This document shows positions 56,191 to 64,000 of a DNA stretch of 64,000 nt, piece after piece. The stretch is from Candidatus Iainarchaeum sp. Lineage in GTDB: Archaea > Iainarchaeota > Iainarchaeia > Iainarchaeales > JAAZKV01. Where the stretch lies: NCBI GenBank assembly GCA_028691435.1, contig JAQUZG010000001.1:66921-130920 (forward strand). The letters are read 5' to 3'. Each line of letters opens with the position of its first letter. The stretch's first letter is position 1. A program made the translations under genes and the position numbers. The notes beneath the pieces are model-generated. The model saw nothing but the letters and a program-made list of their open reading frames with translations. It ran no database searches and was not told the origin of the DNA.

Positions 56191-56781
56191 ATGTTTTGGA
56201 TTGGAATAATAATAATTTCATTGATTGTTTTAGTGATTCTTTTTCTTTTATTAGTTAGAAATACTTCAACTATTAACGCAATAATTTTTGAAAATGAACG
56301 AAAAATATCTCAAATGGATTCACAATTAAAACTAGCTAATTTAAAATTCATGAAAGGAAAAATTAGTAAAAATGTTTTTGAAGAATTAAAATTAGATTTT
56401 GAATCAAAAAAAACTTTTTTTGAACTTGAAAATAATAAATTGAAAGAAATTGATTTGCCAGGCGTTAGTAAAAAAGTAGAATTAATTTATAATAAACTTG
56501 ATAAGCCAACAAGATATAAAAAAATACATATTCAAAATCTTGTTTATGATTCAGAATTAATTAGAAAAGAAATGAAATCACTTGAAAATAAGTTATTAAA
56601 AGGTGCAATGGATCAAAAAACATTTGAAAAATTAATTGCTTTAAAAGAAAATGATTTAATTTCAAAAGAAGCAGAATTAATTGATTTTGTAAGATTTGCT
56701 AATGGAAAAAACGCTAATAATATAATTTTTGATGATGATTCTTCTAGTTTTGATAATAAAAAAACTAAATTAAAAAAATAA
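56191..56781 (+). CDS. Hypothetical single-pass membrane coiled-coil protein
   Basis: N-terminal TM IGIIIISLIVLVILFLLLV, then a charged coiled coil. Confidence 0.35.
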   Translation: MFWIGIIIISLIVLVILFLLLVRNTSTINAIIFENERKISQMDSQLKLANLKFMKGKISKNVFEELKLDFESKKTFFELENNKLKEIDLPGVSKKVELIYNKLDKPTRYKKIHIQNLVYDSELIRKEMKSLENKLLKGAMDQKTFEKLIALKENDLISKEAELIDFVRFANGKNANNIIFDDDSSSFDNKKTKLKK

Positions 56782-56787
56782 TTTTTT

Positions 56788-57714
56788 TTAAATTTGAAAT
56801 TCATCAAATTCGTTTGGAGCAAAAGAATTTTTAAAATTTTCACGTGCTTCATTTTCAAATTCTTTTATATTATTTGTTCTTGCACTAAAATGTATTAAAA
56901 TTAATTTTTTTACATTGGCTTTTTTTGCAATTTCACTTGCTTCTTTAGCAGTAGAATGTTTTGTTTTTTTAGCTTTAGTTAATTCATCATTTAAGAATGT
57001 AGATTCATGAACAAGTATGTCCGAATTTTTTGCATTATTTATGGTTTCTTTACATGGTCTACTATCCATCGCAATTGTTATTTTTCTACCTATTCGTCTT
57101 TTAGAATAATCAAAAACATCCTTTTTTGTAAAAATCTTATCATTAACTTTAATTTTTTTTCCTTCAATTAATTTTGAATAAAGTGGACCAACAGGTATGC
57201 CTAATTTTTCAGCTTTTTTTCTATCAAAAACTCCTTCTTTATCTTTTTCTTTAAACACAAATCCAAAACAACTGATCTCATGATCTAATGGAAATGCTTT
57301 AACTTCAAAAAAATCATTTTTGTAAATTGTTCCTTTTTTAATTTCTTTATAAATTATTTGAAAACTTGGTTTTATAATTTCTTTAAGCATTCTTTCAATT
57401 TTTTGTTTTCCCCAAGTGGGAGAAAAAATTGTTAATGGTTCGCTTCTGTTGTTTAATTGCATTGTTATAATCCACCCAAAAAGACCAAGGAAATGATCTG
57501 TATGCATATGACTTATAAAAATATTATCTATTTTCATTAATGAAATTTTTGATTTCATTAATTGTTTTTGTGTTCCTTCAGGGCAATCAAATAATAGATT
57601 ATTTCCAAAATAACTAATTATACTGCTTGAAAAACTTTTATCTTTTTGTGGAACTGAGCCACAATTACCAAGAATTGTTAATTTTATTTTTTCCATCTTA
57701 TTTATATTAATCAA
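56788..57714 (-). CDS. rnz: Ribonuclease Z (tRNA 3'-processing endonuclease)
   Basis: MBL motif [13 protein letters not shown] and the short-form RNase Z layout of about 308 aa. Confidence 0.8.
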   Translation of the reverse strand: MININKMEKIKLTILGNCGSVPQKDKSFSSSIISYFGNNLLFDCPEGTQKQLMKSKISLMKIDNIFISHMHTDHFLGLFGWIITMQLNNRSEPLTIFSPTWGKQKIERMLKEIIKPSFQIIYKEIKKGTIYKNDFFEVKAFPLDHEISCFGFVFKEKDKEGVFDRKKAEKLGIPVGPLYSKLIEGKKIKVNDKIFTKKDVFDYSKRRIGRKITIAMDSRPCKETINNAKNSDILVHESTFLNDELTKAKKTKHSTAKEASEIAKKANVKKLILIHFSARTNNIKEFENEARENFKNSFAPNEFDEFQI

Positions 57715-57736
57715 GAAAGCCTTTTTAAGATTTTAC

Positions 57737-59785
57737 TTGTGGTATTTATTTATGGCTAAGAAATCAAATAAACAAAAGATTGACTCTGATTCATCTTTTG
57801 AATACTTTGCAGAAAGTTCAAGTGATTTGAGTAATTTTAAACAAAATTCAAAATCAACTTCATCAAATTCACAAAACATTTCAAAAAATTCTTTACAAAA
57901 AGATGACGAAAAAGAAAATAAAAAAGTTATTACTGACTTTTCTTTTACTGATACATCTCAAATTTTTATTCCAAAATTATTGCTTAAACAAGTTATTGGT
58001 CAAGAAAAAAGTGTTGAATTAATAAAAAAAGCTGCTGCTCAAAAAAGAAATGTTTTACTAATTGGTTATCCTGGTACTGGAAAATCTTTGCTTGCAAAAG
58101 CTATGTCACAAATACTTCCAACTCAAGCACTTCAAGATGTTTTAATTTATCCAAATAATGATGATTCAAATAATCCAAAAGTAAGAGTTGTTCCAGCTGG
58201 AAAAGGAAAAGAAATTCTTGATGAATTAAAATTTCAATCTTCTAAAGAAGATGATTCAGTAAGATTATTTTCATTTGTTCTTCCACTTGGGTGGATGGTT
58301 TTATCAACTGTACTTTGGCAATTAAAATGGTATTCAGATATAATTTATGCAGCATTTATTTTAATTGGAGCGGTTCTTTTAATTGGATTAAGTGTTAGTG
58401 GTCAGATGAGAAGTAAATCTAATGCAAATTTACCAAAACTTTTAATAAATAATTTTAATAAAAAATTTGCACCTTTTTTTGAAGCAACTGGTGCTAGGGC
58501 TGGAGCACTTTTGGGTGATGTTAGACACGATCCACTTCAAAGTGGTGGACTAGGCACTCCTGCACATTTAAGAGTAGAGCCTGGAATGATTCACAAGGCA
58601 AGTGGGGGGGTATTATTTATTGATGAAATTGCAATGCTTTCATATAAGTCTCAACAAGAATTGTTAAGTGCAATGCAAGAGAAAAAATATTCAATTACTG
58701 GCCAAAGTGAAAATTCATCTGGAGCAATGACTAGAACTGATGCAATTCCTTGTGATTTTGTTTTAGTTGCAGCTGGAAATTATAATGATCTTGAAAAAGT
58801 TCATCCAGCACTTCGTTCAAGAATTAGGGGATATGGGTATGAAGTTTATATGAATGTGGATATGCCAGATAATGAAGAAAATAGATTTAAAATTGCTCAA
58901 TTTGTTGCACAAGAAATAGAAAATGATGGTAAGATCCCACATTTTGACAAAAGTGCAGTAGAAGAAATAATTTTTGAAGCAAGAAGAAGATCAGATAAAA
59001 AAGGAAAATTAACTTTAAAATTAAGAGATTTGGGTGGGTTAATTAGAGCTGCTGGAGACTTAGCAAGAGAACAAAATAAAAATGTTGTATCATTTGATGA
59101 TGTAATTAAAGCTAAAGAAACTTCAAAAACTCTTGAAGGTCAAATTGTTGATAAAATGATAGAAACTAAAAAGAATTATGAAGTTTATTTAACAACTGGA
59201 AGTGCCGTTGGAAGAGTAAATGGTTTGGCGGTATTTGGTGAAGGTAGTGCTGGAAGTATTATTCCAATCGAAGCAGCAGTAACTCCTCCATCATCAAGAA
59301 ATACTTTGCGTGTAATTGCTACTGGAAAACTTGGAGAAATTGCAAAAGAAGCTGTAGAAAATGTTTCAGTAATTTTCAAAAAAGTTTCAGGAAAAAATTT
59401 TGCAAAAGATATTCATATTCAATTTTTACAAACTTATGAGGGTGTTGAAGGGGATTCTGCATCAGTATCAATTGCAACAGCAGTAATTTCTGCAATAGAG
59501 CGTATCCCTATCAAACAACATTTAGCAATGACTGGATCATTAAGTGTTAGAGGAGAAGTACTTCCTATTGGGGGGGTTTCTTCAAAAATTGAAGCTGCAA
59601 TAAAAGCTGGATTTAAAGAAGTAATTGTGCCAAAATCAAACTTTGCAGATATTGTAATTTCGAAAGACAAACTTGATCAAATAAAAATTTTATCTGTTTC
59701 ATCATTAACTGATGTTTTAAAATTAGCTTTAGTTGATAGTGCTGCAAAGAAAAAATTAATTTCAAAATTTGAAAAAATAATTTAA
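57737..59785 (+). CDS. lonB: Archaeal membrane-bound Lon protease (LonB)
   Basis: AAA+ Walker [22 protein letters not shown] insertion [17 protein letters not shown]...[11 protein letters not shown] inside the ATPase domain. Lon protease Ser-Lys dyad region [28 protein letters not shown]. Confidence 0.85.
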   Translation: MWYLFMAKKSNKQKIDSDSSFEYFAESSSDLSNFKQNSKSTSSNSQNISKNSLQKDDEKENKKVITDFSFTDTSQIFIPKLLLKQVIGQEKSVELIKKAAAQKRNVLLIGYPGTGKSLLAKAMSQILPTQALQDVLIYPNNDDSNNPKVRVVPAGKGKEILDELKFQSSKEDDSVRLFSFVLPLGWMVLSTVLWQLKWYSDIIYAAFILIGAVLLIGLSVSGQMRSKSNANLPKLLINNFNKKFAPFFEATGARAGALLGDVRHDPLQSGGLGTPAHLRVEPGMIHKASGGVLFIDEIAMLSYKSQQELLSAMQEKKYSITGQSENSSGAMTRTDAIPCDFVLVAAGNYNDLEKVHPALRSRIRGYGYEVYMNVDMPDNEENRFKIAQFVAQEIENDGKIPHFDKSAVEEIIFEARRRSDKKGKLTLKLRDLGGLIRAAGDLAREQNKNVVSFDDVIKAKETSKTLEGQIVDKMIETKKNYEVYLTTGSAVGRVNGLAVFGEGSAGSIIPIEAAVTPPSSRNTLRVIATGKLGEIAKEAVENVSVIFKKVSGKNFAKDIHIQFLQTYEGVEGDSASVSIATAVISAIERIPIKQHLAMTGSLSVRGEVLPIGGVSSKIEAAIKAGFKEVIVPKSNFADIVISKDKLDQIKILSVSSLTDVLKLALVDSAAKKKLISKFEKII

Positions 59786-61011
59786 TTTTTATTAATTAAA
59801 ATTATTTTTCCTTCTTTAAATAAAAATTCATTTCTTTTTATTTTTATTTCTTCTTTTTCTGTTTTACAAATTAAATATTCTTTCTTTTTATCAATTTCAA
59901 TTATTTTTCCAATTACATTTCCTTCTTCATCTAAAACTAATGTATCTAAATATAACTTTGTTATTTTGTTTTGGATATTAAATATTTTTGCTATGTTTAT
60001 TGCAACAATTAAAAAAATCAAACTAATCATTATGTTTAGACTAAACCAAGAAAGTGTTGTTTGTCTTAAAAATACAAGTGTTGCTGATTCAATAATTAAC
60101 CAAATACAAATCAATAAACAACTTTGTAAAATATATTTTCCTATTTTGTATGCTTTTTTATCATATACTCCATCAATCATTTTTCCAACAAGTAAACTTA
60201 TTCCAGAAAATGCAATAAATGGATAAATTATTTTTAAAGCAGAAATTAGATCTAAACTAACATCAATAAATTCTGAAGATCTTATTTGAATAAACATTAA
60301 TAATACTCCAATAATTGGTAAAATTAATGCTAATGTATAAACAACAACACTAACTCTTTGTTCTTTTATACTTTTTATTAAAACTTTAAATATATTTACA
60401 ATTTTTTCTTCTATTCCAAATCCTTTCATAAATAAATATATTCCAATTATGAATGAAAGTGCTTGTAATGAAATATTTCCAAACAATAAATAAGCTACAA
60501 TTACAATTCCAGGTATTCCAAAAATTGTTCTAGCAACACTTGGATCTTTTATTACTTCTTTAATTGTATAAAAAGTTGATTCAACAGCTTTTGCTTGCTT
60601 AATTATAATTTGTTCTGTTGAAATTATTTTTCCCCTTGATTGTAAAAGTGGTATGACTTGATTATCTTCATCACCATCAGTAACTAAAATCCAGCCTTCA
60701 ATAAAAAAGTTTTTTTGAATAACATCTAATTGTCGATTTATTTCTTTATCTGATAATAAATTGTCTTTTCCGTGTCCTGTTATTGTTACAATTTCAATAT
60801 TTTTAAAATGTTTTTTTGCATCTTTAATTTTTTTAACTGCTGCAAAAATAGTATTTGCATCACTTTCTGCTGGATCAGCCAATATGAGTTTTGTTGCAGC
60901 ATCAATGTTTCTTTCAACACCAATTACTGGGCCACTTATTCCAGTCTTTCTTCCAAGATCATTGTCTCTATCAACACAAACAACTAACACTTTATTTTTC
61001 ATAAATTTCAC
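59782..61011 (-). CDS. DUF373-like archaeal membrane protein, putative
   Basis: N-terminal soluble domain [17 protein letters not shown], then 6 TM helices. Family assignment from memory only. Confidence 0.35.
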   Translation of the reverse strand: MKFMKNKVLVVCVDRDNDLGRKTGISGPVIGVERNIDAATKLILADPAESDANTIFAAVKKIKDAKKHFKNIEIVTITGHGKDNLLSDKEINRQLDVIQKNFFIEGWILVTDGDEDNQVIPLLQSRGKIISTEQIIIKQAKAVESTFYTIKEVIKDPSVARTIFGIPGIVIVAYLLFGNISLQALSFIIGIYLFMKGFGIEEKIVNIFKVLIKSIKEQRVSVVVYTLALILPIIGVLLMFIQIRSSEFIDVSLDLISALKIIYPFIAFSGISLLVGKMIDGVYDKKAYKIGKYILQSCLLICIWLIIESATLVFLRQTTLSWFSLNIMISLIFLIVAINIAKIFNIQNKITKLYLDTLVLDEEGNVIGKIIEIDKKKEYLICKTEKEEIKIKRNEFLFKEGKIILINKN

Positions 61012-61145
61012 ATTTTAATTAATTTTTTTTACAATTAATGTTATTGACTATTAATATTATGTAATGGATACATTTATTTATATATTATGTTTATTAATAA
61101 TATATAGTATTATGTATTTAGTTAAAGTTATGGATTAGTGAGATT

Positions 61146-62096
61146 ATGGAATTCAAATATGTTGTTTTTGGTATAATTTTAATTGCAATCTCTATAATCG
61201 CTGTTTTATTTTTTTTAAATCTTAAATTTTTACTTTCGCACGGTTTAATTTATTATTTGATTTGGATAATTATTGGGGCGGTTTTTCTCTTTATTGCAGC
61301 AAAGTCTTTTGTTCAATTAATGGATTATCAAAGAGCAGTAATTTATAGATTTGGAAAATTTAGTAGAGTTAAAGGGCCAGGGTTAACATTTGTTTTAGTT
61401 GGAGTTGAATCATATTCTTTAGTTGATTTAAGAGTAAAAACTATTGATGTTCCAAAACAAGATGTTGTTACAAAAGATCGAATTGAATTAAGTGTTGATA
61501 CAGTAATTTATTTAAAAGTTAATAAGGATGCTCAAAGTGTAGTTAATTCAGTTGTTGAAGTTGAAGATTATGTTAATGCATCTTGTCTTTTTGTAATTTC
61601 ATCAATTCGTGATGTAATGGGATCAATGAATTTAAGTGAAATAATTTCAAATATTGAATTAATAAATGCACATGTAAAAAATAGTCTTGAAAAAATTTCA
61701 AAACATTGGGGAATTTCCGTTGAATCTGTTGAAATAAAAGATGTTCAAATCCCAGAAACTGTAATTAATGCGATGCATGAAGAAAAAGCAGCTGTTCAAC
61801 AAAAATTAGCAAGAATGGAAAAAGCTTTAGCACATAAGGCTGAAATAGAGGCAGTAAAAGAAGCAACTACAAATCTTGATGATAAAGCGCTAGCATATTA
61901 TTATATTAAAGCGATCGAAAATATGTCTAATGGTAAGGGGAACAAAGTATTTTTCCCAGCTGAATTTACTAAAATTGCAGATTCATTAACTAATATGGTG
62001 CCATCAAAAAAAGCTGAATTATCTCAAGAATATAAAGACTTGTTAAAAGAATACATTGATAAGTCAGTTTCAAAAGCTAAAAAATCAAAAAAATAG
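61146..62096 (+). CDS. SPFH/band-7 (stomatin/prohibitin-like) membrane protein
   Basis: N-terminal TM, then SPFH core QRAVIYRFGKFSRVKGPGLTFVLVGVESYSLVDLRVKTIDVPKQDVVTKD. Confidence 0.75.
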   Translation: MEFKYVVFGIILIAISIIAVLFFLNLKFLLSHGLIYYLIWIIIGAVFLFIAAKSFVQLMDYQRAVIYRFGKFSRVKGPGLTFVLVGVESYSLVDLRVKTIDVPKQDVVTKDRIELSVDTVIYLKVNKDAQSVVNSVVEVEDYVNASCLFVISSIRDVMGSMNLSEIISNIELINAHVKNSLEKISKHWGISVESVEIKDVQIPETVINAMHEEKAAVQQKLARMEKALAHKAEIEAVKEATTNLDDKALAYYYIKAIENMSNGKGNKVFFPAEFTKIADSLTNMVPSKKAELSQEYKDLLKEYIDKSVSKAKKSKK

Positions 62097-62164
62097 TTTT
62101 TCTAAAAAACTATATTTAATTTCATTAAACAAATAGTTAAAATAATTAAAAAAATAGAAAAGAA

Positions 62165-62437
62165 TTATTTTATTTTAGCAAATTCTTTTTTTAATTCACT
62201 AACTTCACTTTGTAATTCTTTTATTGCTTCAATCAAAACTTTTTTTGGGTTTGATGAATTTGTTGTTAAAATAAATCTTGCTTTTTTATCTAAAGGATGT
62301 TCTAATCTGTAAGCAACGAATTCAACATTTTCGTTTTCAGCTAATTTTTCTCTTAAAACATTTGGAATAGTGTGTCTTTCACCATTTAAGTAAAATTCTA
62401 ATTTTTTTCCTTCATTAGTTAAAATTTCTATTTCCAT
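62165..62437 (-). CDS. rpoL: DNA-directed RNA polymerase subunit L (Rpo11/RpoL)
   Basis: LEFYLNGERHTIPNVLREKL...VEFVAYRLEHPL matches the Rpb11/RpoL fold. 90 aa. Confidence 0.75.
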   Translation of the reverse strand: MEIEILTNEGKKLEFYLNGERHTIPNVLREKLAENENVEFVAYRLEHPLDKKARFILTTNSSNPKKVLIEAIKELQSEVSELKKEFAKIK

Positions 62438-63089
62438 TTCTATTCACTCCTCTATCATTGCTATTAAAGTTTCTATTATTAATATTATTAAATCTTCCTC
62501 TTTGATTTGAATTATTAAAAGATTGTCGATTTGGTCTATTTTCAAAAGTCTCTTTCTTTAAATACCATTTTCTATCTTCTGATTGATTACAATCAAAGCA
62601 AGTTAATCTATTATTTGAAAAAACCATTTCTTTTCTGCATTTTGTACAATATGCTATTATTACACCAAGACCTTCTTCTTTAGTAGATAATTCAGTTGTA
62701 TTTTCATTAACAGAAATTACTTTTGCTTTTATAATATCTCCTAGTTTCATACAACTATCTGGTCTTTCAACAAAATTATTGCTGATATTTCTAACTGCGA
62801 TTTGACCTTTTGTCATATTAATTATGTGATTATTTTCTGCTTTTATTAATTCAAGTACTGCTGTAGAATCCTTAATTAATGAAACTCTACCATAAACAAT
62901 ATCTCCTTCTTTTACTAATCTTCTTGATTTTGCATCAATTTCCACTTCTTTTTCAGTTTCGTTAAAAATTATTTTACCAAATGCTGTTGATTTTATTTCA
63001 CCATTATCTCCAACAGTATTTTTACCCGGCAAATATTCTTCCTCAGTAGCTAAAACTTGTCCAGGAACAGCTATTTTTTCATTACTCAT
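62415..63089 (-). CDS. csl4: Exosome complex RNA-binding cap protein Csl4 with N/R/F-rich C-terminal tail
   Basis: N-terminal domain VPGQVLA, S1 domain GDIVYGRVSLIKDSTAVLEL and Zn-ribbon CTKCRKEM...CFDCN. The csl4-rpoL adjacency is conserved in archaea. Tail: NRPNRQSFNNSNQRGRFNNINNRNFNSNDRGVNRNGNRNFN. Confidence 0.75.
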   Translation of the reverse strand: MSNEKIAVPGQVLATEEEYLPGKNTVGDNGEIKSTAFGKIIFNETEKEVEIDAKSRRLVKEGDIVYGRVSLIKDSTAVLELIKAENNHIINMTKGQIAVRNISNNFVERPDSCMKLGDIIKAKVISVNENTTELSTKEEGLGVIIAYCTKCRKEMVFSNNRLTCFDCNQSEDRKWYLKKETFENRPNRQSFNNSNQRGRFNNINNRNFNSNDRGVNRNGNRNFN

Positions 63090-63253
63090 ATAAAAACCTC
63101 TTTTTGTTTCATTATAATCAATAAACAGTTAAAATAAACTTATACTAGAAAACCTTTTATATTTCTAAAAGAATTAATTTATGAAAAGTATTTAAATATG
63201 TGGTAAACTAAAAAAAGTTAAATTAATTTGTTAACTAGGGTAATCTGAGTAAT

Positions 63254-64000
63254 ATGGTTTTAGAAGTTTTAATTGGTGAAGTAAAAATTAGAAAAAAGCC
63301 TTATTTAATTTTACCATTTGTAATGCTAATTACAATTACAGGGATATTTTTTGCGTATTGGCTTTTTCCAAATTATTCATCTATTCTTTCTGTTGCATTT
63401 GTTACAATTGGATTAGTTCCAATGCTTTATAATATAATTACTGTTGAAGAATCTGACGAAATGATTGAAAGAAAATCATGTACTACTTTTTTTGCAAGAC
63501 ATTTTAGCTTGATAATGATATTTATTTTTGTTTTTTTTGGAGTAATTTTAGCATTTTCTATGGCTTATGTTTTTGCACCAGTGGAAATAAAAGAAACTCT
63601 TTTCAAAGAGCAAATAAATTCATTTTGTTGGGTAACTGGATCATGTAAAAATTTACAACCATTATCTCTTTTTGGAAATGCTGTTGGAACAGGCGCGGAG
63701 GTGTGCAAGGATCCAACACAAGCTTCAATGATTGGATGTACAAGTTATATTTTTATAAATAATGCAAAAGTTTTATTTTTTGCAATAGTGTTATCTTTAC
63801 TTTATGGTGCTGGATCAATATTCATTATTGTTTGGAATGCGTCAATACTTGGGTTATTTTTTGGTGAAATGTTTTTGATTGATAATCATTTAGCTGGACT
63901 AGGATTACTCAATGGGTTATTAATTGGACATGGCCCACCTGAATTATTAGGTTATGTTTTTGGAGCACTTGCAGGAGCGATTCTTTCAGCAATGGTTGCA
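63254..64000 (+). CDS. Multi-pass membrane protein (SpoIIM/DUF95-like?), 3'-truncated at window edge
   Basis: The ORF from ATG 63254 runs to the window end. Several TM helices. NNAKVLFFAIVLSLLYGAGSIFIIVWNASILG resembles DUF95. Confidence 0.35.
   Translation, partial: MVLEVLIGEVKIRKKPYLILPFVMLITITGIFFAYWLFPNYSSILSVAFVTIGLVPMLYNIITVEESDEMIERKSCTTFFARHFSLIMIFIFVFFGVILAFSMAYVFAPVEIKETLFKEQINSFCWVTGSCKNLQPLSLFGNAVGTGAEVCKDPTQASMIGCTSYIFINNAKVLFFAIVLSLLYGAGSIFIIVWNASILGLFFGEMFLIDNHLAGLGLLNGLLIGHGPPELLGYVFGALAGAILSAMVA

Noticed and set aside
61012-61145. AT-rich spacer with repeated ttatgt motifs between divergent membrane genes, considered as an origin/DUE
   Set aside because: It is more parsimoniously a divergent promoter region. 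No initiator gene is adjacent and no longer inverted repeats are present.
1-64000. CRISPR arrays, rRNA genes, transposases, integrases
   Set aside because: There are no regularly spaced direct repeats, no rRNA-like GC-rich conserved stretches, and no DDE/tyrosine-recombinase-like ORFs. The only GC-rich non-coding segment is the tRNA at 3584-3670.

Overview
This is a 64 kb window from a very AT-rich archaeal genome, by eye about 25-30% GC, with Asn/Lys/Ile-rich proteins. The gene content is archaeal: Orc1/Cdc6, RFC small and large subunits, archaeal DnaG, Hjc, HerA, NurA, Rad50, RpoK, RpoL, exosome Csl4, aEF-1beta, Pth2, class I CCA enzyme, archaeal LonB and Cdc48. Several repertoires look reduced: a short Rad50, ThrRS without its TGS domain, a minimal IscS/IscU pair, a lone NFACT-R domain and split replication loci. 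With the composition this points to a small-genome, probably DPANN-like, archaeon. I cannot name it.

Coding density is high: about 68 CDS, one intron-containing tRNA, and no rRNA or CRISPR. Features that go beyond housekeeping:
- a tight nurA-HAD-herA-unknown operon (7.6-12.5 kb); its last gene is an unrecognised 506-aa protein whose N-terminus weakly resembles the family-B DNA polymerase N-terminal domain;
- an orphan short Rad50 with a zinc hook and no Mre11 nearby;
- a cluster of six class-III-signal (type IV pilin-like) proteins wrapped around an M50/site-2 protease (42.7-45.9 kb), while the only FlaI/PilB-type ATPase sits alone at 0.5-2.1 kb;
- a compositionally atypical, GC-richer gene (23.4-24.8 kb) flanked by long AT-rich spacers, possibly with a Pol-beta-like nucleotidyltransferase motif;
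- a lysine-rich protein next to orc1/cdc6 with two pairs of internal tandem repeats, the first pair strongly YABBY/HMG-like (RRPSAYNQFI);
- N/F/R/G-rich low-complexity extensions in both exosome-associated proteins, DnaG and Csl4;
- a NreA-like protein with a C-terminal PIP box next to RFC-small;
- a large glycoprotein-like surface protein;
- three tandem perfect hairpins between dnaG and its convergent neighbour.
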